This document shows, one piece after another, positions 1 to 10,782 of a stretch of DNA of 64,000 bases; position 1 is the stretch's first letter, and each line of letters starts with the position of its first letter. Under the pieces are notes generated by a model that searched no databases, was not told the origin of the DNA, and saw only the letters and a list, made by a program, of their open reading frames with translations. Position numbers and translations under genes: made by a program. The stretch comes from Alphaproteobacteria bacterium (GTDB lineage: Bacteria > Pseudomonadota > Alphaproteobacteria > SHVV01): assembly GCA_965261735.1 (NCBI GenBank), contig OZ253470.1, forward strand, positions 192,001 through 256,000. The letters are read 5' to 3'.

Positions 1-191
1 GCAAGCCGAGCGAGCCGGTCGTCGCGCCCACGGGCGTCCACATCTTCGTGGTGTGCGAGCGTAACGAGCCGAAGGCCAAGGTGCCGGATCGCGCGGCCAT
101 CGCCGAGCAGCTCGGGCGCACGCGCCTGGCCATGATGGCGCGGCGCTACCTGCGCGATCTTCGGCGCGACGCGGTCGTGGAGCTCCGCTGA
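1..191 (+). CDS. surA: SurA-like peptidylprolyl isomerase, 3' partial
   Basis: Frame 3 reads KPSEPVVAPTGVHIFVVCER...ARRYLRDLRRDAVVELR*; TGA overlaps the pdxA ATG; canonical surA-pdxA-rsmA order. Confidence 0.85.
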   Translation, partial: KPSEPVVAPTGVHIFVVCERNEPKAKVPDRAAIAEQLGRTRLAMMARRYLRDLRRDAVVELR

Positions 192-1219
192 TGGGGCAGG
201 CGTCTGGCCTACCGCTGGCGCTGACGATGGGTGAGCCGGCGGGGATCGGTGGCGAGATCGCCCTTAAGGCGTGGTGCGGCCGCGCGCGAACGGGTGTGCC
301 GCCGTTCTTCGTCATCGACGACCTCTCCCGCCTGTCGCGGCTCGCCGCACGGCTCGAGCTCGACGTGCCGATGCGGGAAATCGGCGACGCCGAAGCCACC
401 CTCGACATCTTCCCGGCGGCCTTGCCGGTATTGCCGATCGAACTTGCAACGGCATACGAGCCGGGCCTCCCCGACATCGCCAACGCATCGGCCGTGATCG
501 CGGCGATCACGCGGGGGGTCGAGCTCGTGACAGAGGGGCACGCGGACGCGCTGGTCACCAACCCGATCCACAAGGAAACGCTCAACCGAAGTGGTTTTGC
601 GCATGCCGGCCACACCGAGTTTCTCGGCGCCCTCTCGGGCAACGGGGCGCGGCCGGTGATGATGATCGCGTGCCCGGGCCTGCGCGTCGTGCCGGTCACG
701 GTCCACGTGGCGCTCGCGCGGGCGCTCGCCGATCTCACCGAAGCGGCGATCGTCGAGTGCGGGCGCATCGTTGCACGCGCGCTGCGGACCGACTTCGGCA
801 TCGCCGAGCCGCGGCTGGCCGTCGCCGCCTTGAACCCGCACGCCGGCGAAGGCGGCATGCTCGGTCGGGAAGAGGTCGAGGTGATCGCGCCGGCTATCGC
901 GTGCCTGGAGCGCGAAGGGCTGCGCGTTGCTGGTCCGACGGCCGCCGACAGCCTGTTTCACGTCGAAGCCCGCCGCGGCTACGATGCCGTCCTGTGCATG
1001 TACCATGACCAAGCCCTGATCCCACTCAAGACCCTCGATTTCGTTCACGGCGTCAACATCACTCTTGGCCTTCCGTTCGTGCGTACCTCGCCCGACCACG
1101 GCACGGCGCTCGACATCGCCGGCACCGGAAAGGCCAGCGAAGCCAGCCTGGTGGCGGCGATGGCAACCGCGTCGGCGCTCGCCCGCCGGCGCGCGGCCGG
1201 TGCCGACGCCCGGTCCTAA
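191..1219 (+). CDS. pdxA: 4-hydroxythreonine-4-phosphate dehydrogenase
   Basis: TMGEPAGIG, GHTEFL, NPHAGE, MYHDQ, RTSPDHGTA motifs. Confidence 0.97.
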   Translation: MGQASGLPLALTMGEPAGIGGEIALKAWCGRARTGVPPFFVIDDLSRLSRLAARLELDVPMREIGDAEATLDIFPAALPVLPIELATAYEPGLPDIANASAVIAAITRGVELVTEGHADALVTNPIHKETLNRSGFAHAGHTEFLGALSGNGARPVMMIACPGLRVVPVTVHVALARALADLTEAAIVECGRIVARALRTDFGIAEPRLAVAALNPHAGEGGMLGREEVEVIAPAIACLEREGLRVAGPTAADSLFHVEARRGYDAVLCMYHDQALIPLKTLDFVHGVNITLGLPFVRTSPDHGTALDIAGTGKASEASLVAAMATASALARRRAAGADARS

Positions 1220-2054
1220 CGCCGCCGGGCGCGCCCCGCTCCGCGACGTCATCGCGCGCCACGGCCTGACCGCGCGTAAGGGCCTCGGCCAGCACTTCCT
1301 CCTCGATCGCAACCTCATCCGGCGCGTCGCGCGCGCCGCCGGCGAGCTCGACGGCATCAACGTGCTCGAGGTCGGGCCCGGCCCGGGTGGACTGACCGAG
1401 GCCCTCGTCGAGGCCGGGGCACGGCTCGTGGTCGCGGTCGAGCGCGACCGGCGCTGCGTGGCCGCCCTGTCCGAGCTTGCGGCCGACTTCCCGGGTCGGA
1501 TTCGCGTGATCGAGGGCGATGCGCTGGGGCTCGACGAAACCGGGCTCGTTCCCGGCCCGGCCAAGGTCGTCGCCAACCTGCCGTATCAGATCGCGACCGC
1601 CTTGTTGCTGAAATGGCTGCGAACGCCGCGGCGCTATCGGAGCCTGACGCTGATGTTCCAGAAGGAAGTCGCCGAGCGCCTGGTCGCGCGCCCGGGGAGC
1701 AAGATTTACGGCCGACTGTCGGTGCGCACGCAATGGCAGTTCGAAGCCCGCAGGCTGTTCGACATAGCACCCGCATCCTTCGTGCCGCCGCCGCGCGTGA
1801 CCTCGACGTTGGTCAGCCTGGTTCCGCGAGAGCGACCGCTCGCCGCGGCCGATCCGGTAGCTCTCGAGCGGGTGCTGGCCGCGGCGTTCGGCCAGCGGCG
1901 CAAGATGCTGCGCACGAGCCTGAAGCAGCTCGGCCACATCGCGCCGGCGGTGATCGAGGCGGCCGGCGCGGCGCCGACGGCACGGGCCGAGGAACTCGCC
2001 ATCGATGCGTTCTGCGCGCTGGCGCGCGCGCTGCGCCAGGTCGAGGCGGACTAG
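1200..2054 (+). CDS. rsmA: 16S rRNA m6,6A dimethyltransferase (KsgA)
   Basis: LGQHFL, EVGPGPGGLT, VANLPY, MFQKEVAER; in-frame GTG at 1200 chosen as start. Confidence 0.95.
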   Translation: MPTPGPNAAGRAPLRDVIARHGLTARKGLGQHFLLDRNLIRRVARAAGELDGINVLEVGPGPGGLTEALVEAGARLVVAVERDRRCVAALSELAADFPGRIRVIEGDALGLDETGLVPGPAKVVANLPYQIATALLLKWLRTPRRYRSLTLMFQKEVAERLVARPGSKIYGRLSVRTQWQFEARRLFDIAPASFVPPPRVTSTLVSLVPRERPLAAADPVALERVLAAAFGQRRKMLRTSLKQLGHIAPAVIEAAGAAPTARAEELAIDAFCALARALRQVEAD

Positions 2055-2686
2055 GCGCGCTCGCGCAGCGCGGCAACGAAATCGGCGAGGCCGGTCCGGC
2101 GCTGGCGCTTCAGCCGCTCGCCCCTGAGGACCGCGTGAATGCCGTCGAGGCTGCGATCGGCGTCGTCGTTGACGACGGTGTAGTCGTATTCGGCCCAATG
2201 GCTGAGTTCGTCGGCGGCGCGCGCCATACGGCTGGCGACGACCTCGTCGCTATCCTGGGCCCGGGCATGCAGCCTGCGCCTGAGCTCTTCGATCGAGGGC
2301 GGGAGAATGAAGATGCTGACGATGTCGTTACTGGCGTTCTGCACCAGCTGCTGAGTGCCCTGCCAGTCGACGTCGAACAGCACGTCGCGGCCCGCCGCGA
2401 GCGCGGCCTCGACCTGTGCCTTGGGTGTTCCGTAGTGGTGGCCGAAGACCACCGCATGCTCGAGAAACGAGTGCGCGAGGACCATCTCGGCAAACCGCGC
2501 CTGATCGACGAACACGTAGTCGCGGCCATCGACCTCGCCCGGCCGCGGCGGCCGCGTGGTGACCGAGACCGACATCTCGAGATTGTCCTCGCGCTCGAGG
2601 AGCCGGCGCGAGAGCGTCGTCTTGCCGGCGCCCGAGGGCGAGGACAGGACCAGCATCAAGCCGCGCCGGGGGATGTCGACCGCCAT
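2051..2686 (-). CDS. gmk: guanylate kinase
   Basis: SSPSGAGKTT P-loop, TTRPPRPGEVDGRDY, YGT. Confidence 0.97.
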   Translation of the reverse strand: MAVDIPRRGLMLVLSSPSGAGKTTLSRRLLEREDNLEMSVSVTTRPPRPGEVDGRDYVFVDQARFAEMVLAHSFLEHAVVFGHHYGTPKAQVEAALAAGRDVLFDVDWQGTQQLVQNASNDIVSIFILPPSIEELRRRLHARAQDSDEVVASRMARAADELSHWAEYDYTVVNDDADRSLDGIHAVLRGERLKRQRRTGLADFVAALRERA

Positions 2687-2693
2687 CGGAGGA

Positions 2694-3581
2694 CTACTCG
2701 ATGTTTTGCAGCTGCTCGCGCAGACGATCGACCGCCGCCTTGAGCTCGAGGCCGATGGCGGTGAGCTCGGTATCGGCGGATTTCGCGCACAGGGTATTGC
2801 TCTCCCGGTTGAGCTCCTGGGCGAGAAAGTCGAGCCGCCGGCCCGCTGCGCCCTCGCCCGCGAGCAGGGCGCGGGACTGGGCGGCGTGAACCTCGAGGCG
2901 ATCGAGCTCTTCGCGCACGTCGGCCTTGACCATCAGCAGGGCCGCCTCCTGGGCCAAGCGCTCCTCGGGCAGCGCGGGCACCGCCTCGAGCAGCGCCGCC
3001 ACCTGCTCGTTCAGCCGCGCCCTAATGCGTGCCGGCTGCGCCGCCGCGGCCTCGCGGGCCGCGGTCGTCAGCCGCGCAAGCTCGTCGAGTTGCGCGCCGA
3101 GCACGGCACCAAGGCGGGCGCCCTCCTCCTCGCGCGCCCGTGCCAACGCATCCAGGGCCGTGCCCAAGGTGGCGCGCAGCGCCCCCTCTCTGGCGGCGCG
3201 CTTGTCCTCGTCGTCCTCGGGCTCGCCGAGCTCGACGACGCCGCGCGCCGCGAGTAAACCATCGAGGCGGGGCGGCGCCACACCCGGCGTATCGGCGAGC
3301 TCGCCGGCGAGGCCGATGAGCTGTTCGAGCAGCGGCCGGTTGATCCGTGCCGCCCCGTTTGCGGCGGTACGCGTGAATTGCAGCGACACCGAGACGCTCC
3401 CGCGCGCGAAGCGCTCCGTCACGGCCCCCCGGACGATCGGCTCGAGGCTCTCCATGCCGGGGGGCATTCGGCAGCGCACGTCGAGCGAGCGACCATTGAC
3501 GCTCTTCGCCTCCCATGTCCAGCGCGCGCCATCGGCCTCGCCGTCGGCGCGCGCGTAACCGGTCATGCTGGCAAGCGACAC
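2694..3581 (-). CDS. yicC: YicC/YloC family endoribonuclease
   Basis: SMTGYAR, KSVNGR, GRRLDFLAQELNRESNT, REQLQNIE. Confidence 0.95.
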   Translation of the reverse strand: MSLASMTGYARADGEADGARWTWEAKSVNGRSLDVRCRMPPGMESLEPIVRGAVTERFARGSVSVSLQFTRTAANGAARINRPLLEQLIGLAGELADTPGVAPPRLDGLLAARGVVELGEPEDDEDKRAAREGALRATLGTALDALARAREEEGARLGAVLGAQLDELARLTTAAREAAAAQPARIRARLNEQVAALLEAVPALPEERLAQEAALLMVKADVREELDRLEVHAAQSRALLAGEGAAGRRLDFLAQELNRESNTLCAKSADTELTAIGLELKAAVDRLREQLQNIE

Positions 3582-3707
3582 AAAGACCTCGCGGGGCCGT
3601 TCCCATCTGCCGAGAACGGCATCGGTGAGCGTGTATCGCCCACTCTATTATGGCGCTCCCTGGTCAACAACCCTGGGCCGCGCGGCGCGCGATCAGCCGC
3701 TGGTGCG

Positions 3708-4691
3708 CTAGTTGCCGCGTAGGCGGCGCCAGCGGGCGACGTTCTTCAGGTGGTCATCCAGGTTGCGCGCAAACGCGTGGCCCCCGGTCCCGTCGGCCAC
3801 GAAATAGAGCTCGTCGGTAAACATCGGGTTCATCACCGCGATGATGGACTCGCGCCCGGGATTGGCGATCGGGCCGGGTGGGAGGCCGGAGATCACATAG
3901 GTGTTGTAGGGGTGCGGCCGGCGAACGTCGGCCCGCGTCAGCGCGCGGTCGAGCGGGCCGACGCCGCCGGTAATGCCGTAGACCACCGTCGGGTCCGATT
4001 GCAGCCGCATGGACCGGCGTAGCCGATTGATGAAGACGCCGGCGATACGCGGCCGCTCGTGGGCCAGTGCCGTCTCCTTCTCGACGATCGAGGCAAGAAC
4101 GCGCGCCTCGGCCGCGTCGCGAAAGGGTAGCTCGGGCTGGCGCCCGCGCCACTCGGCCTCCAGCGCCTCGTCCATGGCGCGGCCCAAGCGCGCGATCAGG
4201 TCGGTCCTCAGATCGCCGTACGCGAAGTGGTAGGTGTCGGGCAACAAGGAGCCCTCCGCCGGAATCGCGTCGATGTCGCCGGCGAGCCCCTCGGTGGCGT
4301 TGAGGATGGCGACGATCTCGCGCGAGGTCAGACCCTCCGCCAGCGTGACTCGACGCACGACCGTCTCGCCGCCGACAAGGAGATTCATGATCTCGCGCAG
4401 GCTCGCCGCGGCGGCGATCCGGTACTCGCCCGCTCGGACCTTGCGGCTATTGCCGCTCACGCGGACGCCGAGCGTGAAGAGCGTCGTATCGCGGATGGCG
4501 CCGGCGGTGGCGAGGTGGTGGCCGATCGCTTCGAGCGAGCTGCCGCGGGGAAGGACGAGCGTGATGTCGCGCACCGACGGGCCCGCCCCATGGAAGGCGC
4601 TCACGCCCCAGCCGAACAGCGCAAGCCCGGCGGCGACGGCGACGGCAACACCTAGGAGTACGAAGCGGACGAGAGTGCGCCGCGCCGGCAT
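3708..4691 (-). CDS. mltG: endolytic transglycosylase MltG
   Basis: EGSLLPDTY, LASIVEKET, LQSDPTV, PYNTY..GLPPGPI. Confidence 0.96.
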   Translation of the reverse strand: MPARRTLVRFVLLGVAVAVAAGLALFGWGVSAFHGAGPSVRDITLVLPRGSSLEAIGHHLATAGAIRDTTLFTLGVRVSGNSRKVRAGEYRIAAAASLREIMNLLVGGETVVRRVTLAEGLTSREIVAILNATEGLAGDIDAIPAEGSLLPDTYHFAYGDLRTDLIARLGRAMDEALEAEWRGRQPELPFRDAAEARVLASIVEKETALAHERPRIAGVFINRLRRSMRLQSDPTVVYGITGGVGPLDRALTRADVRRPHPYNTYVISGLPPGPIANPGRESIIAVMNPMFTDELYFVADGTGGHAFARNLDDHLKNVARWRRLRGN

Positions 4692-5950
4692 TACGGCGCC
4701 TGGGCAAACACCAGCGACGCGTTGGTCCCGCCGAAGCCGAACGAGTTGGACAACACCACCCGCACGTCACGCTTCCTGGCCACATGGGGAACGAGATCGA
4801 TATCGCAGTCGTCGGAGGGGTTGTCGAGGTTGAGGGTCGGCGGCACGACACCATGGACGATGGACAGGATGGAGAAGATGGCCTCCACGCTACCGGCGGC
4901 GCCCAGCAGATGGCCGATGGCCGATTTCGTCGACGACATCGACAGCGCGTATGCGTCCGGGCCGAACAGCCGCTTGACCGCGGCGACCTCGATCTCGTCA
5001 CCGAGCGGCGTCGATGTACCGTGCGCATTGATGTAGTCGATGTCGCCGGTGTCGAACTCGGCCCGACGCAGGGCCATGCCCATGGACCGGAAGGCGCCGT
5101 TGCCGTCGGGGGCCGGCGCGGTGACATGGTTGGCATCGCCCGACATGCCGTATCCCTTGAGCTCGGCATACATGCGCGCCCCGCGCGCGCGCGCATGTTC
5201 GAACTCCTCGAGCACGAGCACGCCCGCGCCCTCACCCATGACGAACCCGTCGCGGTCACGGTCCCAAGGCCGCGAGGCCCGAGCCGGCGCGTCGTTGAAC
5301 CGCGTCGACAGCGCGCGTGACGCCGCGAATCCGGCGATCCCCAGCCGGCACACCGCCGCCTCCGCGCCGCCCGCAACCATGACGTCGGCGTCGTCGAACT
5401 GAATCATGCGGGCCGCGTCGCCGATCGCGTGGGCACCGGTCGAGCAGGCGGTGACCACCGCATGATTGGGACCCTTGAAGCCGTAGCGGATCGATACGTG
5501 ACCAGACAGCAGATTGATGAGCGCGGCGGGAATGAAAAAGGGGCTGAGGCGCCGGGGTCCCTTCTCGTGAACGATGATCGCACCCTTTTCGATGCCGGGC
5601 AGGCCTCCGATACCGGATCCCAGCAGAACACCGGTGCGCACGCGCGCTTCCTCGTCCTGGGGCATCCAGCCCGAGTCCTCGACCGCCTGTTGCGCCGCGG
5701 CCAGGCCGAACAGAATGAAATCGTCGATCTTCTTCTGGTCCTTGGCGGAGACCCATGCGTCGGGGTCGAACTCCCCCGCACCGGACCCCCTGCTGACCTG
5801 GCACGCAACCTTGACCGGCATGTCCGAGACATCAAAACCGGTGATGCGATTGGCCCCCGACTCGCCTTCGATCAGGCGGTCCCATGTTGCGTTCACGCCG
5901 CATCCCAGCGGCGTGACGAGACCTAATCCAGTGACGACAACGCGTCTCAT
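4691..5950 (-). CDS. fabF: beta-ketoacyl-ACP synthase II
   Basis: TACSTG, NAHGTST, GHLLGAAG, SNSFGFGGTN. Confidence 0.97.
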   Translation of the reverse strand: MRRVVVTGLGLVTPLGCGVNATWDRLIEGESGANRITGFDVSDMPVKVACQVSRGSGAGEFDPDAWVSAKDQKKIDDFILFGLAAAQQAVEDSGWMPQDEEARVRTGVLLGSGIGGLPGIEKGAIIVHEKGPRRLSPFFIPAALINLLSGHVSIRYGFKGPNHAVVTACSTGAHAIGDAARMIQFDDADVMVAGGAEAAVCRLGIAGFAASRALSTRFNDAPARASRPWDRDRDGFVMGEGAGVLVLEEFEHARARGARMYAELKGYGMSGDANHVTAPAPDGNGAFRSMGMALRRAEFDTGDIDYINAHGTSTPLGDEIEVAAVKRLFGPDAYALSMSSTKSAIGHLLGAAGSVEAIFSILSIVHGVVPPTLNLDNPSDDCDIDLVPHVARKRDVRVVLSNSFGFGGTNASLVFAQAP

Positions 5951-6022
5951 GGGGTGCTCGGGCGAGCTAGAGCGCCCGCCCGCATCCAGCTTTCTATTCT
6001 TGGCGAGGGCGTCCGCTCGCGC

Positions 6023-6262
6023 CTAGGCCGAGGCATGTTCCTCGATATAGGAGATCGCATCCTTGACCGTTAGGATCTTCTCGGCCGCATCGTCGGGAAT
6101 CTCGCAGCCGAACTCTTCCTCGAACGCCATCACGAGCTCGACCGTGTCCAAACTGTCGGCCCCGAGATCATCGATGAATCGCGCATTATCGGTGGTTTTT
6201 TCGTCGTCGACGCCAAGGTGCTCGATAACAATCTTCTTAACCCGTTCAGCGATGTCGCTCAT
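6023..6262 (-). CDS. acpP: acyl carrier protein
   Basis: [20 protein letters not shown]. Confidence 0.98.
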   Translation of the reverse strand: MSDIAERVKKIVIEHLGVDDEKTTDNARFIDDLGADSLDTVELVMAFEEEFGCEIPDDAAEKILTVKDAISYIEEHASA

Positions 6263-6419
6263 TCTTGTACCTCGACCTCGTCCTCGATGACCTGAAGTGG
6301 GAAGAACGCCTCACGCGTGGAAAAGTCCGCCGAACGGGGCGTTGTCGGATTTCGTAGCACACTTTCCGAGCCTTGACCAGAAGCCCCAAAAGGGGGCCCA
6401 CGCACCCCCGAATCGGCCC

Positions 6420-7157
6420 TTAAATCATGATCATCCCGCCGTTGATATGTAGTGTTTGGCCGGTAATGTAGGCGGCCTCCTCGCTCGCCAGGAAGGCGGC
6501 ACAGGCGGCCACCTCGTCGCTTCCGCCGAACCGTCCGGCGGGTATGCCTGCCTTGAGGCGCGTGCGCTGCTCCTCACCAAGGGCGTCGGTCATGGCCGTT
6601 TCGATAAAGCCGGGCGCGACGGAGTTCACGGTGATGCCGCGGCTCGCCACCTCCTGCGCGAGCGACTTCGTCAAGCCAATCAGGCCCGCCTTCGCGGCCG
6701 CGTAGTTGGCTTGTCCGGCGTTGCCGGCAACGCCGACGACGGAGGTAATGCTGATAATGCGCCCCCAGCGCCGCTTCATCATCCCCCGTAGCGCCGCGCG
6801 GCACAGCCGGAAGGGGGCGCCAAGATCGAGGTCGAGGACCGCGTTCCAGTCCTCGTCGCGCAGCCTGAGCGCGAGGTTGTCGCGCGCGACGCCGGCGTTG
6901 TTGATGAGAATGTCGAGCCCTCCCATCACCTCCTCGGCGGTGCCGATCAGGGTGCCCGCCGCGGTTGGATCGGCGAGGTCGGCCGGTGCCGCGTGGGCGC
7001 CGGCGCCAAGCTCGGCGGCGAGCCCTTCGAGGGCCTCGCGCCGGGTCCCACTCAACGTCACGGCTGCGCCCTGGGCGTGGAGCGCACGCGCAATGGCGCC
7101 GCCGATGCCGCCCGAGGCGCCGGTCACCAACGCGCGCTTGTCTCGCAGTGTAAACAT
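6420..7157 (-). CDS. fabG: 3-oxoacyl-ACP reductase
   Basis: TGASGGIG, NNAG, YAAAK; fab operon context. Confidence 0.96.
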   Translation of the reverse strand: MFTLRDKRALVTGASGGIGGAIARALHAQGAAVTLSGTRREALEGLAAELGAGAHAAPADLADPTAAGTLIGTAEEVMGGLDILINNAGVARDNLALRLRDEDWNAVLDLDLGAPFRLCRAALRGMMKRRWGRIISITSVVGVAGNAGQANYAAAKAGLIGLTKSLAQEVASRGITVNSVAPGFIETAMTDALGEEQRTRLKAGIPAGRFGGSDEVAACAAFLASEEAAYITGQTLHINGGMIMI

Positions 7158-7166
7158 CGGCCCCCC

Positions 7167-8108
7167 TTACAGGCTCTTGAGGAACGCCTCGACGTCCTCG
7201 GGCGACTGCACGGCCTGAGCGGCGAGATCGCGATCGATGCGCCGCGCGAGACCCGTGAGCACCTTGCCGGCGCCGAGTTCGACCAGCGAGTGGACACCGT
7301 TGTCGCGCATGAATTCGACCGACTCGCGCCAGCGCACGGTGGCGCAGACCTGTTCGACGAGCAGCTCGCGGATTGCTTCCGGATCGCTCTCGGCCCGCGC
7401 CGTGACGTTGGCAATCAGCGGGACGACGGGTTGGAGGAGCATCGCCTCCGCCAGTACCTCGGCCATCTCGTCGGCCGCCGGCCGCATCAGGGCACAGTGG
7501 AACGGCGCACTCACCGGAAGCATGACGGAACGCTTCACGCCGCGTTCGCCCGCGAGCGCCGCGGCGCGCTCAACCGCTGCCACGGCACCACTCAGCACGA
7601 CCTGGCCGGGCGCGTTGTCATTGGCGACCACACACACCTCGCCTGACGCGGCGTCCTGCGCGATCGCGGCCGCCACGGACAGGCTAGCGCCGAGCAGGGC
7701 GGCCATCGCCCCCTCGCCCACCGGTACCGCACGCTGCATGGCGCGGCCGCGGCGCTTGAGGAGCCGCGCGGCATCGGCGAGGTCGAGCGCCCGGGCCGCG
7801 GCCAGGGCCGAGTACTCGCCCAGCGAGTGGCCTGCAACGAAGGCGGCCGCGCTACCGATATCGACCCCGCCTTCCTCTTCGAGAACCCGCACGACCGCCA
7901 TGCTCATGGCCATCAGCGCCGGCTGGGCGTTCTCGGTGAGTGTAAGCTCGTCGTCGGGGCCCTCGAACATGAGGCGCGAAAGCCGCTGCTTCAGAGCCTC
8001 GTCGACCTCCTCGAAGGTAAGCCGCGCCGCCGGCATGGCGGCGGCCAGATCGCGCCCCATGCCGACGGTCTGCGAACCCTGGCCCGGAAAGACGAACGCC
8101 GTGGACAT
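7167..8108 (-). CDS. fabD: malonyl-CoA:ACP transacylase
   Basis: Starts MSTAFVFPGQGSQ (ATG 8108); GHSLGEY; SAPFH. Confidence 0.96.
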   Translation of the reverse strand: MSTAFVFPGQGSQTVGMGRDLAAAMPAARLTFEEVDEALKQRLSRLMFEGPDDELTLTENAQPALMAMSMAVVRVLEEEGGVDIGSAAAFVAGHSLGEYSALAAARALDLADAARLLKRRGRAMQRAVPVGEGAMAALLGASLSVAAAIAQDAASGEVCVVANDNAPGQVVLSGAVAAVERAAALAGERGVKRSVMLPVSAPFHCALMRPAADEMAEVLAEAMLLQPVVPLIANVTARAESDPEAIRELLVEQVCATVRWRESVEFMRDNGVHSLVELGAGKVLTGLARRIDRDLAAQAVQSPEDVEAFLKSL

Positions 8109-8327
8109 CGAACCGCTTGCTCCGCCGCGCCCCGTACCGTGCGCGCCCGGCGAGGGTGTGAAAGCCGCCGAGCCTACCATGCCGAGCGACACCTCGGACC
8201 CCTTGCTCGCGCGATGGTTTGATGTATAGTGCGGCGCTTCGTGCCGCCGCCGGCCGCCGGCCGCGAGCACGCCATCCGGCGCGCGCACAATTTGGAGCCC
8301 AGGCGCGGCCACTCGGAGCCATATCGC

Positions 8328-8861
8328 ATGCCGTTGTATGAGAACGTATTCATCGTGCGTCAGGACGCCTCGACGCAGCAGGTCGAGGGGATGACGGACC
8401 ATTTCAGCGACATCGTGAGGGACCAGGGCGGCGAGGTCGCGAAGACCGAGCATTGGGGCCTGAAGACGATGGCCTACCGGATCAAGAAGAACCGCAAGGG
8501 CCATTACGTCATGATGAACCTCGACGCAGCCCCGTCGGCAGTCGCGGAACTCGAGCGCAACCTCCGCCTCAACGAGGATGTCCTGCGCTACATGACGATC
8601 CGCGTTGACAAGCTCGAGGAAGGCCCCTCGGCGATGATGCGGGCGAAAAGCGGGCGCGAGGACCGGCGCGGCGACGGCGATCGGGGGCCGGCCCGTGGGG
8701 CGCCTCCGCGGGCCGAAGGCGGCGCCGAGACGGCGGCCACACAAGCTCCACCGGTGCCAGCGCCCGAAGGCAGCGCGCCCGCGCCTGAAGGCGACGCGGC
8801 TGCCCCCGCGGGCAAAACCGAGGAGCCGGTCAAGGCCGAGGCAGAGGACACCTCCACATGA
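8328..8861 (+). CDS. rpsF: 30S ribosomal protein S6 with Ala/Pro/Glu-rich tail
   Basis: [13 protein letters not shown]...[12 protein letters not shown]...VLRY. Confidence 0.96.
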   Translation: MPLYENVFIVRQDASTQQVEGMTDHFSDIVRDQGGEVAKTEHWGLKTMAYRIKKNRKGHYVMMNLDAAPSAVAELERNLRLNEDVLRYMTIRVDKLEEGPSAMMRAKSGREDRRGDGDRGPARGAPPRAEGGAETAATQAPPVPAPEGSAPAPEGDAAAPAGKTEEPVKAEAEDTST

Positions 8862-9121
8862 GCTCACGAGGTGAGGGTCGAGGATCGGGTGGCGGCATGC
8901 GCAGGCCGTTCTTCCGGCGCCGCAAGTCGTGTCCGTTCTCCGGGACGAACGCCCCGCAGATCGACTACAAGGACGTCAAGCTCCTGCAGCGCTTCATGTC
9001 GGAGCGCGGCAAGATCGTCCCGAGCCGGATCAAGGCGGTGTCGGCAAAGAAGCAGCGCGAGCTGGCGAGAGCCATCAAACGGGCGCGCAACCTAGCCCTG
9101 CTTCCCTACGTCGTCCGATAG
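8858..9121 (+). CDS. rpsR: 30S ribosomal protein S18
   Basis: [29 protein letters not shown]. Confidence 0.97.
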   Translation: MSSRGEGRGSGGGMRRPFFRRRKSCPFSGTNAPQIDYKDVKLLQRFMSERGKIVPSRIKAVSAKKQRELARAIKRARNLALLPYVVR

Positions 9122-9147
9122 CGCGCCGCGCCGGCGCAGAAAGGCCG

Positions 9148-10089
9148 ATGGCCAAGGACTCTCCGATCAGCCTCGGAGCCGGCGCAGCTAGCGCGGTTCT
9201 TTACCTCGCACTTCTCATCGGCTCACCGGGCGCGATCGTACTTGCGCTGCTCGCGCCGCTGCCGCTCTTTCTGGTCGGCCTGAGCCGTGGCGCGATACCG
9301 GCGCTCGATGCCTGCGCGGTGGCGGCGCTCGTGGTCGCCGTGACGACAAGCATTGCGGCCGCAACCCAGTTCCTGCTCGTTAATGGCGCGCCGGCGGTTT
9401 GGATCGTGTACCAGGCTCTACGCTCCCGGCAACGGGCGGGCGGCCCGGCGTGGGCGCCGCCGGGATATCTGATGATCCAGCTCGCCGGGTTCGCGGCGCT
9501 CTATTTCCTCGCCGCCGCGTTGTGGTATGCCGGCGCCGAGGGCGGCTTACAAGGAGAGCTCGCGCGCCTTATCGACGCCGTGGCGGTCCGCCTCGCGCCG
9601 GCAACCGCCATCGTCGCCGACCCGGCGCTGATAGCGACCTGGGCTACCCTCATGCCGGCGATGATTGCCGTGTGGTGGATCCTCGTCGTGACCGCCAACG
9701 GGATGCTCGCCCAATCGGTGCTGCGTCGCTTCGACCGCAACCTGCGGCCCTCCCTCGTCATGGCCGACTTCGAGCTTCCGCGCGGGCTCGCGGTGGCGGT
9801 CGGGGCTTTGTTGCTGCTCGCGTTTGCACCCGATCCGGTGGGCTTCCTCGCCCGCACGCTGGCAATCATCGCGCTCGTGCCCTTCTTCTTTCTCGGGCTC
9901 GCCTTGGTGCATGCGATTGCCGCGCGCCGGCCGGGCCAGACGTTCCTGCTGCTGGCTTTCTACATGCTGCTTGTTTTGCTCGCGTGGCCCGTGATCATGG
10001 TGGCAGGTTTCGGTATGATCGAACACCTTGCCAAGCTGCGCCGGCGCTTTGCCGGACCGGCCCGCGGCAGTGATGAGGAGGACGAGTGA
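9148..10089 (+). CDS. DUF2232/YybS-like membrane protein
   Basis: Multi-TM hydrophobic ORF between rpsR and rplI (conserved position). Confidence 0.8.
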   Translation: MAKDSPISLGAGAASAVLYLALLIGSPGAIVLALLAPLPLFLVGLSRGAIPALDACAVAALVVAVTTSIAAATQFLLVNGAPAVWIVYQALRSRQRAGGPAWAPPGYLMIQLAGFAALYFLAAALWYAGAEGGLQGELARLIDAVAVRLAPATAIVADPALIATWATLMPAMIAVWWILVVTANGMLAQSVLRRFDRNLRPSLVMADFELPRGLAVAVGALLLLAFAPDPVGFLARTLAIIALVPFFFLGLALVHAIAARRPGQTFLLLAFYMLLVLLAWPVIMVAGFGMIEHLAKLRRRFAGPARGSDEEDE

Positions 10090-10733
10090 TGCAGGTTATT
10101 TTGCTCGAGCGCGTCGACAAGCTCGGGTTGATGGGCGATGTCGTCTCGGTCAAGCCGGGTTTTGCGCGCAATTACCTGCTGCCGGAAAAGAAGGCGCTGC
10201 GGGCGACGAAGGAGAATCTGGCGCGCTTCGAGGGCGAGCGCGGGCAGCTCGAGGCCGCCAACCTCACACTCCGCACCGAGGCCGAGGCGGTGGGAACCAG
10301 GCTCGACGGCCTATCCCTCGTGATGCTGCGTCAGGCGAGCGAGGGCGGCCAGCTCTACGGATCGGTTACCGCGCGCGACATCGCGGTCGCGGTGTCGGAG
10401 GCCGGTTTCACCGTCGAGCGCCGGCAGATCAAGCTCGAGGCGACCATCAAGACCCTTGGCATCCACCGCGTGCGCGTGGCGCTTCACCCCGAGGTCGCGG
10501 TCGGGATCGCCGTCAACGTCGCCCGCTCCGAATCGGAAGCCGAAGCGCAAGCAGCCGGCGAAACCGCGCCGCCGGACGTGGAGGGCTATTTCGAGGACGC
10601 CGAGCTCGCCGCCCAAGCGGAAGCCTCGGCGCGCGCGGCTGGTGACGAAGGGTCGGCGGAACCGGAAGGCGATCCCGGCGCCCAGGGCCCGGCGGCCGAG
10701 GAACCACCGGTCGTCGCCGCGGAAGGTTCGTGA
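10086..10733 (+). CDS. rplI: 50S ribosomal protein L9
   Basis: [23 protein letters not shown]; LYGSVT. Confidence 0.97.
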   Translation: MMQVILLERVDKLGLMGDVVSVKPGFARNYLLPEKKALRATKENLARFEGERGQLEAANLTLRTEAEAVGTRLDGLSLVMLRQASEGGQLYGSVTARDIAVAVSEAGFTVERRQIKLEATIKTLGIHRVRVALHPEVAVGIAVNVARSESEAEAQAAGETAPPDVEGYFEDAELAAQAEASARAAGDEGSAEPEGDPGAQGPAAEEPPVVAAEGS

Positions 10734-10782
10734 TCGTCGCTCCCGCGATCGGGCCCCACACGGACTGAGCATCGAGACGCCC

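Noticed and set aside
8640-10733. Acidic Ala/Pro-rich tails on S6 and L9
   Set aside because: Common low-complexity extensions in this group
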